Source: Coraliomargaritaceae bacterium
GTDB lineage: Bacteria; Verrucomicrobiota; Verrucomicrobiia; Opitutales; Coraliomargaritaceae
DNA: 50,682 nucleotides
Assembly (NCBI GenBank): GCA_965656495.1
Contig: CBFHKU010000001.1
Coordinates: forward strand, 1 to 50,682
Direction: 5' to 3'
The position numbers were made by a program, and so were the translations under genes. Below the pieces are notes generated by a model, which worked only from the letters and a program-made list of their open reading frames with translations, did not search any database and was not told where the DNA came from. Each line of letters opens with the position of its first letter. Positions within the stretch are counted from its first letter, which is position 1. This document shows positions 25,421-34,041 of the stretch, in pieces.

Positions 25421-27685
25421 ATGCATTTTATTAAGTCCAATTCTTTTATTATTATCGTATGGTTTGCAGCCTTCCTGCAGCATGTTACAGCTGATTACTT
25501 ATCGGTCACAATAAATTCCGATATTTCTCAGTGGACGATTAGTCCCTATTTGGTTGGCCTGCATCAGGTTTATTTTAACGTGCCGGATGCCGAGTTTGTG
25601 GATGGGGAAATCAGCGCCTGGGCTAAACGCGTGGGAGTCTCAACATCCCGATACCCCGGAGGCAGTGTGGTTAAGACCTGGGATTGGGAAAATCCGAGCG
25701 GTTTCTTTGGTAATGACCCCTATGCTCCCGACTACGATCCAAGTAAGAATGTAGACGAATCAGAATGGATGAGCCTCGATGAATATCTGGATTTTGTGGA
25801 GGAATCGGGCATCATGCCGATGTTTGGGGTCAACTCACTCTCTGGAACCCTCTACGACCGGGAGGCTGACAGCATTGCGCGGGCGGTTCGTATGGTGCAG
25901 TACGTTAAGGATCGCGGGCACGGGGGTGCACTTTGGTATATTGGTAATGAGGAGGCTTACCAGCATGGAGGGATGGCTGAATACGCAGGTGTTTTAGCGC
26001 GGCATGCGGAAGCGATGAAGGGAGTGGATTCGGATATCCGAATATTTTGGAACCAGAATGACGCACTAGAAGCGAACATAGATGAATTTCTTGCGAACGA
26101 TGGCGGATGGATTGACGGACTTGAGACGCATGGAAAGTGGCCTTTTGGCGGGGATCCCGGGTTGCCGGTAGCTACCTTTGAGGAATGGGGGGTTGAGGTG
26201 CCCTTGCGCGATCGGAAAAACGGGACGGCTGCCGAGATTGCTGCGGGAGGTCGGGCGTGGCGCGAGGTGGCAGACAAATACCGGGCTATCGCAACCTTGG
26301 AGGGCCGTGAAATCCTTGTAGCAAATAATGAATACGGAATGGGGCCGAGTAAGTACTACACAGGATTTACCCGTTACACCAAGGGGCTTGTTCTCACGGA
26401 AATGTTGATGGAACACTTTATTGGAAATTGGTTTTCCGCCTGCCTGTGGGATCTGGAAAACGGAACCGATCGGGGCGTATTGGACAAGGCAAACGATTAC
26501 CGCTTCAATCCGGTTCACTATGGCATGAATATGCTGGCAGATTGTCAGGGTGGGGAATATATATCTACTGTCTCAACCGAAATTCCCTCCGTGCATGGAT
26601 TTGCCGCACGGAAGGATGACATCATTTTCATCTATCTCCTGAACAAGACCCTTGAGAATCATCAAGTGAACATCAGCCTGACCGGAGGAGGGGATCTCGC
26701 TGGATTTGGTCGCCGTATGCAAGATAGTGCCGATGGTTACGGTGAGCTTGTTCCAGTGGCGATGGGGCATGGAGATGTCCTTCTCGCCGCATGGGACTTT
26801 GAACAGAATGGCAACCGCGACTTGCCAAACTACACGGCTTCTGGAGTGGATATAGCAACGTATGATTCATCGTCGAACGAGCTTACTAGCAAAAATAGTA
26901 TGCTGCAAAACTTTGTCTTTAGCAGTTCGAAATCGTCCTCAGATGTCACGTGGGGCAACCTAAGCCTTACCCCAGCACCGTTAAGTCGGGATGATAATAT
27001 CTCTGAAGGCATTAGCACTAAGTTCCGCGACAGTGACGGGTCGATCATACAGGACCTAGTCGTGAAGTTGCTTCCCGGTGCAGAGTACACCTTGCAAAGC
27101 CTACACTTCGACTTCATAACACCCTTTAACAACAGTCCGAAGAATTTTACGGTCAGTCTTGTCGGTGGACTTGATGGTGGACCGAAAATCTTGTGGACCC
27201 GCAGCGTGGCTGGCACTAATACAGCTGACACTATGGACGCATTTGAGGGAGTAGATATCGATCTCTCGACCGTTCTTACAGACCTTGTTTTGTCAGGAGA
27301 AGAGACCCTCACGATACGGTTTGATATGAGTGTCGACGTAGCTAGTGGGAAGACAGGGGCCTCCTTTGTCGACAATGTTGCGCTGGTAGCTTCTGCTTTA
27401 CAAACTTCCCTTCCGCCACTGACCTTTACTCAGATGGCTTTTGTCGATCTGAACAAAGGCACATATCCAGCCTTAAAAGATATTTCCGCGAAAGCGGATG
27501 AAAGCTTCAATTTTCGGTGGTCCTCTATCCCGGGAGCACGCTTTGAGTTGGAGCGGTCCACAAATCTGCAGAACTGGACACCTACCGGCGAGTTTATCTA
27601 TCCAGACAATACCTGGACTGAAAGTTGTGTACCGATTGATCCGCAAAACAATACCTTCTATAGAGTTTTGTTTAGGAACGAATAA
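25421..27685 (+). CDS. secreted clan GH-A-like glycoside hydrolase (GH51/GH79-like fold) with an inserted PEP-CTERM-body domain
   Basis: RYPGG, MSLDEYLDF, WYIGNE (acid/base), NNEYG (nucleophile), YLLNK...LPPLT beta-sandwich; C-terminal RSTNLQNW...FYRV; start re-called to ATG 25421. Confidence 0.8.
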   Translation: MHFIKSNSFIIIVWFAAFLQHVTADYLSVTINSDISQWTISPYLVGLHQVYFNVPDAEFVDGEISAWAKRVGVSTSRYPGGSVVKTWDWENPSGFFGNDPYAPDYDPSKNVDESEWMSLDEYLDFVEESGIMPMFGVNSLSGTLYDREADSIARAVRMVQYVKDRGHGGALWYIGNEEAYQHGGMAEYAGVLARHAEAMKGVDSDIRIFWNQNDALEANIDEFLANDGGWIDGLETHGKWPFGGDPGLPVATFEEWGVEVPLRDRKNGTAAEIAAGGRAWREVADKYRAIATLEGREILVANNEYGMGPSKYYTGFTRYTKGLVLTEMLMEHFIGNWFSACLWDLENGTDRGVLDKANDYRFNPVHYGMNMLADCQGGEYISTVSTEIPSVHGFAARKDDIIFIYLLNKTLENHQVNISLTGGGDLAGFGRRMQDSADGYGELVPVAMGHGDVLLAAWDFEQNGNRDLPNYTASGVDIATYDSSSNELTSKNSMLQNFVFSSSKSSSDVTWGNLSLTPAPLSRDDNISEGISTKFRDSDGSIIQDLVVKLLPGAEYTLQSLHFDFITPFNNSPKNFTVSLVGGLDGGPKILWTRSVAGTNTADTMDAFEGVDIDLSTVLTDLVLSGEETLTIRFDMSVDVASGKTGASFVDNVALVASALQTSLPPLTFTQMAFVDLNKGTYPALKDISAKADESFNFRWSSIPGARFELERSTNLQNWTPTGEFIYPDNTWTESCVPIDPQNNTFYRVLFRNE

Positions 27686-27709
27686 ATAGAATCTGCTTTT
27701 GTTGCGCTT

Positions 27710-30184
27710 ATGAAAGTATTTTCCTTGCATTTTAAGGTTAAAATATCTGCTGTTTTTTTATTACTTAACCAAGCTGGCTCAGCTGATTCTGCATCAGAAT
27801 ATTTCGTAGACTTGAGCGATAATCTTCGGGTTATTTCCCAAGGTGTGGCAGGAATAGGTATGCTGGATCGTGCCAGTTCTTCTGCTTTTGCAAAGAGTTC
27901 GGATTACAAAGAGGCGATACAAGCTTATGGCGCTGGCTCACTTCGATGGCCAAATGCGGGTCATGATAATTTACTCATTACGCATTGGGATAATGATCAT
28001 ACCTTCTACTACAGTAATGGGCCGTTCTCAACGCTTGAAGCCGGCAATATTTGGGATCCTCACTATAATTTGGAGTCGGCCGCAGATCACAGTGAGGTAA
28101 TTGATCTTGAATCATTTGTAAACGTCCTGAACGGCACGGGTGCCGACCCTATCATGATGTTTACATGGCGTTCCGCAGAGCTATGGAGGAATATTAATGG
28201 GCAGAATGTCTTTTACCGAGACCCGGAGCCGCTGCGCCTTGACGATTCCCCCATGCCGCAGGAAGAGGCGGACCGCCTCAGTAGTCGGGAGTTGCAGTTC
28301 CTGGAAAACAACCGCCAGTTGAGAACATATTTTGATTACGGAGGAACTGATTATCCTGTCTGTCAGGTGGGTGGAGAGGTATTTATTGGTTGGGAGGAAG
28401 GCCAAAAGCCATGGGAGCTTTACGGCGTGGATAGGGGAGTATGGATAGGAGAGACACTCCATGATTATTTGGAAGATTTGCAGAAATTTGCCCGGCATTC
28501 AGGGTATGGCATTAGGCTCATGGCCCAATTCAAGGAAGCCAATAGTGGCGGAAATGAAATTCCTACACCCGTTACCCACCTCCAGGGTGAACTAGAAAAA
28601 CTTATTAATGCAACAGGTGATTTGGTGTCCTTTTATGGATGTTCAATGCATTATCGCCACAGTTTTGAGACCTGGCTCGATCAAGCGAATATGACCTGGG
28701 GATTTATTGTTGATGACGGCGAGGGTACCGCTGAAGAAATACGGACCTGGTTTGAAAACTTTACAGCCGCAAAGGGGTATCCGGGTATAAAGTTGATTCC
28801 CCATGCGAATGGAATCGGAAGCAGTCAGACAGACCTCATTCCAAATGACTACAATCGATTTAAAATGGGGCTCGTCAACACCCAGTTCATTATGGAGCTT
28901 ATCGAGGCCGGTTACCCATATGCCTGCCACTATGGAGGTATCAAGGGAGAGTACACCGATAATGTGGGCCTAAAAAATAGTAATTCCATCGCTTTTATGT
29001 CTAATAATGGCGAGTATACCTATAATCCAGTTTTGCATGCAACCGGCCTAATTGGCCGTGCCGTAATGGAAGAAGATGACCGTCCCGCCCGCTTGGTTGC
29101 CCATTCTTTGGTAAGTGGCAACGAAACCGGAAAGACTCAGTTTATGGTCATCGAGTCATCCAGTGGGCAGGCCGATCTGGCAGCAAATGGAGGCAATCTT
29201 GATTCAGCCATTACGCAGGTTCTGGATGTTTACGTGCTTAACAAGCGCAACCTAAGTCATGAGGTGAGCGTCGATTTTTCTGCTGAAGTGCAGAATTCAT
29301 TTGAGGTCAGGCGTTATTCGGAAGGCTCCGAGGAGACCGCTCCCATGATTTCAGATACCGCTGGTGTCGTCTGGATTGATGCCCTGAATAACTCGCGACT
29401 TAATGTTAGCGCTCCTCCCTTGAGTATCACTCGGGTCAAGGTTCATATTTTGGGCGATACCGGAACGTCCACAAGCAATCGGCCTCCACGCTTCAATTCA
29501 CATCTACTTATTATGCCGGAAGTGGAGCAGGGCTTGGCTTACTCGGGAAGCCTTCAAGGCAGCGCAGTGGATAGAGATACAGGAGATGAATCAAATTATA
29601 CTAAAGTGGACGGCCCCGATTGGCTTAGTATTGCTTCTGATGGCTCATTCAGTGGCACCCCAACCAGTGAGCATCTTGGGCTGAACTCTTTTACCGTTGA
29701 GGTAAGCGACGGCAAGGAAGTCGATCAGGCGACGCTTCGCATTACAGTCATAGAGGAACGGTCGGATATAGAGCGTTGGCGTCATCTGAACTTTAGTGCT
29801 TATGAAATTTCCAGGAGTCAGGCTGAATGGACAAAGGATTTGGATAATGACGGTTTGAGTAATTTTGAGGAGTACGTGTTTTGTGCGAATCCACGCAGTG
29901 GGAACATGGACAATGTCATACGCCTTGAAAAAGTGAATGTAAATGGGCAGGCTTTTGCCGAAATAGCTTATGCCCGTCGCGAAGCTTATTCAGGGCTGAG
30001 CTATTCTCTTCGTCAAAGTGCCGACCTTAGCGCATGGGAAACCGTTCCCGTTGAAGCGTACATGATGCTCCCGGATTATCCCCAGAGCCTTGGTGATGGA
30101 AAAGAACTCGTACGTCTTCGTATAACACCTTCGCTCACAGAGCCGGGCCAAAGTAAAATTTTTTTCCGGGTAGATGTTCAGTGA
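27710..30184 (+). CDS. secreted GH-A-like paralog with degenerate catalytic motifs, putative Ig/cadherin-like domain and C-terminal tail
   Basis: LRWPNAG, QVGGE, GLVNTQFIME, YNPV, YVLNK, APPLSIT align to the preceding gene; GPDWLSIASDGSFSGTP Ig-like; DLDNDGLSNFEEY; QSADLSAW...FFRV. Confidence 0.72.
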   Translation: MKVFSLHFKVKISAVFLLLNQAGSADSASEYFVDLSDNLRVISQGVAGIGMLDRASSSAFAKSSDYKEAIQAYGAGSLRWPNAGHDNLLITHWDNDHTFYYSNGPFSTLEAGNIWDPHYNLESAADHSEVIDLESFVNVLNGTGADPIMMFTWRSAELWRNINGQNVFYRDPEPLRLDDSPMPQEEADRLSSRELQFLENNRQLRTYFDYGGTDYPVCQVGGEVFIGWEEGQKPWELYGVDRGVWIGETLHDYLEDLQKFARHSGYGIRLMAQFKEANSGGNEIPTPVTHLQGELEKLINATGDLVSFYGCSMHYRHSFETWLDQANMTWGFIVDDGEGTAEEIRTWFENFTAAKGYPGIKLIPHANGIGSSQTDLIPNDYNRFKMGLVNTQFIMELIEAGYPYACHYGGIKGEYTDNVGLKNSNSIAFMSNNGEYTYNPVLHATGLIGRAVMEEDDRPARLVAHSLVSGNETGKTQFMVIESSSGQADLAANGGNLDSAITQVLDVYVLNKRNLSHEVSVDFSAEVQNSFEVRRYSEGSEETAPMISDTAGVVWIDALNNSRLNVSAPPLSITRVKVHILGDTGTSTSNRPPRFNSHLLIMPEVEQGLAYSGSLQGSAVDRDTGDESNYTKVDGPDWLSIASDGSFSGTPTSEHLGLNSFTVEVSDGKEVDQATLRITVIEERSDIERWRHLNFSAYEISRSQAEWTKDLDNDGLSNFEEYVFCANPRSGNMDNVIRLEKVNVNGQAFAEIAYARREAYSGLSYSLRQSADLSAWETVPVEAYMMLPDYPQSLGDGKELVRLRITPSLTEPGQSKIFFRVDVQ

Positions 30185-30222
30185 AGTCTCTGGTAGGGGT
30201 TAGTCTACAGCCAAAAGAGCGA

Positions 30223-32337
30223 TTATGTTAAAATAACCTTTTTCTTGCTTATTGCTTTTGATCCAATCTCCAGTCGCTCTAAGTGAACCTCGTAGGGTTT
30301 CAATTCAATGCTCTTTTGATTGCCCTCTGAACTTTCAAGGCGGACCGTTTGTTTTTGATCTGAATAATTAATTAGAAATTGGTACTTCTTATTCTCATTT
30401 ATGCGAACAGTTGCATGAACTCCTGTTGGCATCGGTGTCGCAACAACACATTCAAGTGATAATTCTTGTACTAAATAGCGTACAAAATCTTTATGAAAGG
30501 CATCACAGAAATTGGCAGCTAGTTGAAAAACATGTCCCTTGCCAAACTTGCAGTGCGAGGCGATTGAGCTTCCTGCCCAGTGACCTTCAGTTAAGGTCAC
30601 TACACTTTGAGCACCTTCCAAATGTAGAAGTCCATAAGAATGGGTAATCTGGTAGTTGCCCTCTAGCTTTTTCAGAATTCCAGAAGTTTCTATCCTTCGA
30701 CTCTCCTTTTCAAAAAGAGCGTCGATTTCTTCAACTTTAGCTCCAGCAATTTTCCATAAACCCTGTCCGGGCAGGCCGTCCCGCAGCACACGGTTGCACT
30801 CATCAACAACCCCACTTAGGTGGCTCAGAATGAGACAGCCGCCAGTCTCTACGAAATCTATCAGGATTTTCGCGACCGTCTCGGGTAACATGTAAAGCGC
30901 GGGAGCCAACACTACCTTACGACCTCTTAGGTCGACCTCAAGGGTTTTAGGGTCTGGGCATATGATGTCGGTCGCGACACTGGCTTGCCACCAGCCGCGG
31001 TGATGCTCCTTTAATAGCTCGTGATAGGCATCTTCCGGGTGTGTTTCGATCCCCTTTGGAACCGGCTGGCGGATGCCTTCGGAGCTATTGAGTGCCCATT
31101 GGCTTTCCCAGTCGTGGATGATCGCGACCTCTGCCCTGGGTGAGGTAGATGCGGCTAGGTCATTGCAAGACGCGAGCCAACTGCCGACTTGTGCTACTTC
31201 CTTAAATATACGAGTATCAGTGCGACTATCGTGATCAAGAATCGCACCATGGAATTTTTCGGCTCCGCCACGGCTTTTTCGAAACTGAAAATAATGAAGC
31301 CCATTTCCGCCATGCGCAATGACTTGCGCTGATTCTGCCATATGCATGCCTCGAGGTTTAAGTTTGTTAATTGGTTTCCAATTAATAGCCGAGGGGGAGC
31401 ATTCAATTTGCATCCATGGCTTTCCTTTGCCCAGGCCGCGCATTAGGTCATGGGTCAGGGAGGTCGATGCTGCGGATCGCCACATGTCGGGTGCCCCATC
31501 GTAGGATGGGTAGGAATCATTTGTCACAACATCTAAAACTTTGGACCAGCGCCAATAATCCAGATCCGGATGAAAGCACATAAAATTCGTGGTAATGGGT
31601 ATGCTTGGTGTGTGCTTTTTTAAGGGGGCAATTTCATTTTCAATAAATTCCACGTGTAGATCGTTGTTAAAGCGTTTCCAGTCAATGATTAATCCATCAA
31701 TGCTTGAATCTCTCGGATCAATCTGGTGCCATTCCGTGAAGGTATGATTCCAGAAACGTGTCCACCACGCTTCATTCAGTCGTTCCAATGACTGGTAGCG
31801 CTGTTCGAGCCATTCGTGAAAGCGAGTCAAGCAATGCTTGCAGTAACACTCACCTTGCAACTCATTTCCAACATGCCACATCGCTAAAGCTGGATGATTT
31901 TTATATCGCACTGCAAGTTGCTCATTTATTAGAGCGACTTTCTCACGGTAAAATTTTGAAGAGGGGCAGTGATTGTGACGCAACCCAGACTGTTCCAATA
32001 CGCCATCTTTGTTGACGCGACGAATTTCCGGATATTTCGCGGACATCCACATTGGCTTACTGCCGGATACGGTTCCCAGAAAAGCCATAACGCCTTCACT
32101 GGCGAGACGATCCATTAATTGGTCCATCCACTCAAACTGAAATACGCCTTCTTGAGGTTCATACAGTGTCCATGAAAAAATTCCTATTGATACGCTGGTA
32201 ATCCCAGCGAGGCGCATCGATTCAAAGTCTTCATCTAATATGGATGTAGCGAGATTCCATTGCTCAGGATTGTAATCTGCACCATGTAGGAGGCGCGGAT
32301 TGCAGTTATTGAATTCAGAATGAAGCGGTGCTTTCAT
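30223..32337 (-). CDS. GH42 beta-galactosidase
   Basis: GADYNPEQW, GIFSWTLYEP, WHVGNE, ECYCKHC, PITTNFM, EKFHGA; no signal peptide. Confidence 0.95.
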   Translation of the reverse strand: MKAPLHSEFNNCNPRLLHGADYNPEQWNLATSILDEDFESMRLAGITSVSIGIFSWTLYEPQEGVFQFEWMDQLMDRLASEGVMAFLGTVSGSKPMWMSAKYPEIRRVNKDGVLEQSGLRHNHCPSSKFYREKVALINEQLAVRYKNHPALAMWHVGNELQGECYCKHCLTRFHEWLEQRYQSLERLNEAWWTRFWNHTFTEWHQIDPRDSSIDGLIIDWKRFNNDLHVEFIENEIAPLKKHTPSIPITTNFMCFHPDLDYWRWSKVLDVVTNDSYPSYDGAPDMWRSAASTSLTHDLMRGLGKGKPWMQIECSPSAINWKPINKLKPRGMHMAESAQVIAHGGNGLHYFQFRKSRGGAEKFHGAILDHDSRTDTRIFKEVAQVGSWLASCNDLAASTSPRAEVAIIHDWESQWALNSSEGIRQPVPKGIETHPEDAYHELLKEHHRGWWQASVATDIICPDPKTLEVDLRGRKVVLAPALYMLPETVAKILIDFVETGGCLILSHLSGVVDECNRVLRDGLPGQGLWKIAGAKVEEIDALFEKESRRIETSGILKKLEGNYQITHSYGLLHLEGAQSVVTLTEGHWAGSSIASHCKFGKGHVFQLAANFCDAFHKDFVRYLVQELSLECVVATPMPTGVHATVRINENKKYQFLINYSDQKQTVRLESSEGNQKSIELKPYEVHLERLEIGSKAISKKKVILT

Positions 32338-32366
32338 TCATCCTGATTAAATTATGTTTTATAAAT

Positions 32367-32385
32367 AAGTAAAACAGTTTTTCGT
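32367..32385. promoter_or_regulatory. operator copy AAGTAAAAC-A-GTTTTTCGT upstream of GH42
   Basis: Left half identical to the 8932 palindrome; about 30 bp upstream of the GH42 start. Confidence 0.75.
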
Positions 32386-32577
32386 GTGGGTTTCCGAAAA
32401 TTTTTAGATCAGTGAACTCAATTTTGATTCCATAGCTGGATCTATTGCGAAGCTTGGATGTGGTGACATTGATTTTGTGACTTGTAGTATTTGATCGCTG
32501 ATCCTCAGTGGAACTTTCGGGTGGGAATTTTGACTTATTTAGGGTAACTTTAATGGAAATTTCACGATAGGTTTATT

Positions 32578-33099
32578 ATGAAAAAATTATCTACGCTTAC
32601 TTCGTTGCCGCTTTCGCTGCTTTTAATTTTGAGTTTTACCGGTTGCGAGAGCACGGGTCCGAATACGGGTGAGAAGGCGGCCGCGGGTGCGGTGCTGGGC
32701 GGTATCGCGGGTGCGGTGATCGGGAATCAGTCGGGTAATGCGGGCGAGGGCGCGGCAGTTGGCGCGGCAACGGGCGCAATTCTCGGCGGGGCTGTGGGTC
32801 GTTCGCAGGATAAACGCGAGGCGGAATACCGGGCGGAGCAGGCGCGGATTCGGGCGGAACGCCGGGCTCAGGATGCGGCCGTGCTTGAGGCGGAAACCGA
32901 GCGCGATATCGCACGGGGTTACAATGTGACGGATCAGGAGGTTTTGGAAGCGGAACAACGTGCCATCGCGGCGGAGAATGAATTGCGTCGCAAGCAAAAG
33001 GAACGGGCGGAGGCGATTGAGCGTCAGCGTCGGATCGAGGAAGCGGAAGCCCGGGCGCGTGCCGCTCAGCAAGAGGCGGAGGCGTTGAAGACGTATTAG
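32578..33099 (+). CDS. glycine-zipper lipoprotein with coiled-coil tail
   Basis: FTGC lipobox; GAVLGGIAGAVIG and GAAVGAATGAILGGAVG; E/R/A-rich C-terminus. Confidence 0.85.
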   Translation: MKKLSTLTSLPLSLLLILSFTGCESTGPNTGEKAAAGAVLGGIAGAVIGNQSGNAGEGAAVGAATGAILGGAVGRSQDKREAEYRAEQARIRAERRAQDAAVLEAETERDIARGYNVTDQEVLEAEQRAIAAENELRRKQKERAEAIERQRRIEEAEARARAAQQEAEALKTY

Positions 33100-33146
33100 T
33101 TTTTTGAAGGGGAAAGTTTGATGGTGGGAAAGTTTGAAGGTTGAAG

Positions 33147-33181
33147 AACTTCGAACATTGAACATCGAACATTGAACGTTG
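33147..33181. repeat. heptamer tandem repeat, 5 units (AACTTCG AACATTG AACATCG AACATTG AACGTTG); further partial runs up to ~33550
   Basis: Read directly. Confidence 0.85.
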
Positions 33182-33252
33182 AAGGGGGGGGAGAACTTCC
33201 AACATTCAACTCCTCACTCTAACTCTTAGAAACGTCGACTAGGTTGTATCAC

Positions 33253-33314
33253 GTGGAAGCGGCAATCCTGCCGCTTTGCTTGTTGCTGGAAAGCGACAGG
33301 AGTGTCGCTTCTAC
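33253..33314. repeat. REP doublet (REPIN-like): GTGG/GTAG-led 24-bp palindromes in inverted orientation
   Basis: GTGG-AAGCGGCA-ATCC-TGCCGCTT (33253-33276) and, on the minus strand, GTAG-AAGCGACA-CTCC-TGTCGCTT (33291-33314). Confidence 0.85.
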
Positions 33315-33428
33315 GGCTGGTGGTCGAACTTTGAACACTGAAGAGGGGAGAACTTCGAACATTGAAAGGAGTTGTTCGTTGAACGTTGTTGGTTGTTAGT
33401 TGGGATTACTCTTAATAAGAGGGAATAT

Positions 33429-33516
33429 TCACCACGGAGACTCGGAGAGCACGGAGTGAAGCTTGGACATTGAATCTTTATTGAAAATCTCCGTGTCCTT
33501 TCTGTCTTTGTGGTGA
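33429..33516. repeat. imperfect 28-bp inverted repeat of TCACCAC(G/A)(G/A)AGAC...CACGGAG type
   Basis: 33429-33456 versus the reverse complement of 33489-33516. Confidence 0.75.
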
Positions 33517-33633
33517 GTTGAAAGGGGGTATGAACATCGAACATCGAAGGTTGAAGGGGTTGGGCTGGGGTGTGTTTTGGCTTGTCTTCCTGTGATGCTG
33601 TGGCAATTTACGCGATCAGGTTTTTAAACATTT

Positions 33634-34038
33634 ATGGAAGAAACACTTATAATTCTGAAGCCCGACTGCATGGAAAAGGGTTTGGCTGGCGATGTAATCG
33701 GGCGTTTTGAACGCGCGGGATTTGAAATTGTAGCGTCGAAGGTGATGCTGCTGGATGCGGCGCTCCTGCGGGAGCATTACGCGCATGTGGCGGATTTGCC
33801 GTTTTTCCCGGAGATTGAGGCTTTCATGAGCAGCCGTCCGGTGATGCCGATGATTCTGCGGGGTGAGAATGTCATTGCGGCGGTGCGGGATTTGCTGGGT
33901 CCGACGAATTCGAAGGAGGCTCCGGCGGGTACGATTCGGGGGGATTTGGGCACGGATATGATGCGCAATGTGGTGCATGCTTCGGATGGACCCGAGACCG
34001 CGGCGCTTGAAAAAAAGCGTTTTTTCCCTGAACTTTAG
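33634..34038 (+). CDS. ndk: nucleoside-diphosphate kinase
   Basis: TLIILKPD, GTIRGD, RNVVHASD. Confidence 0.98.
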   Translation: MEETLIILKPDCMEKGLAGDVIGRFERAGFEIVASKVMLLDAALLREHYAHVADLPFFPEIEAFMSSRPVMPMILRGENVIAAVRDLLGPTNSKEAPAGTIRGDLGTDMMRNVVHASDGPETAALEKKRFFPEL

Positions 34039-34041
34039 GGT

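Noticed and set aside
32390..32577. Direct repeat or att site marking the right edge of the PUL
   Set aside because: No convincing match to the 4500-4980 or 7450-7860 regions; the boundary is suggested only by base composition
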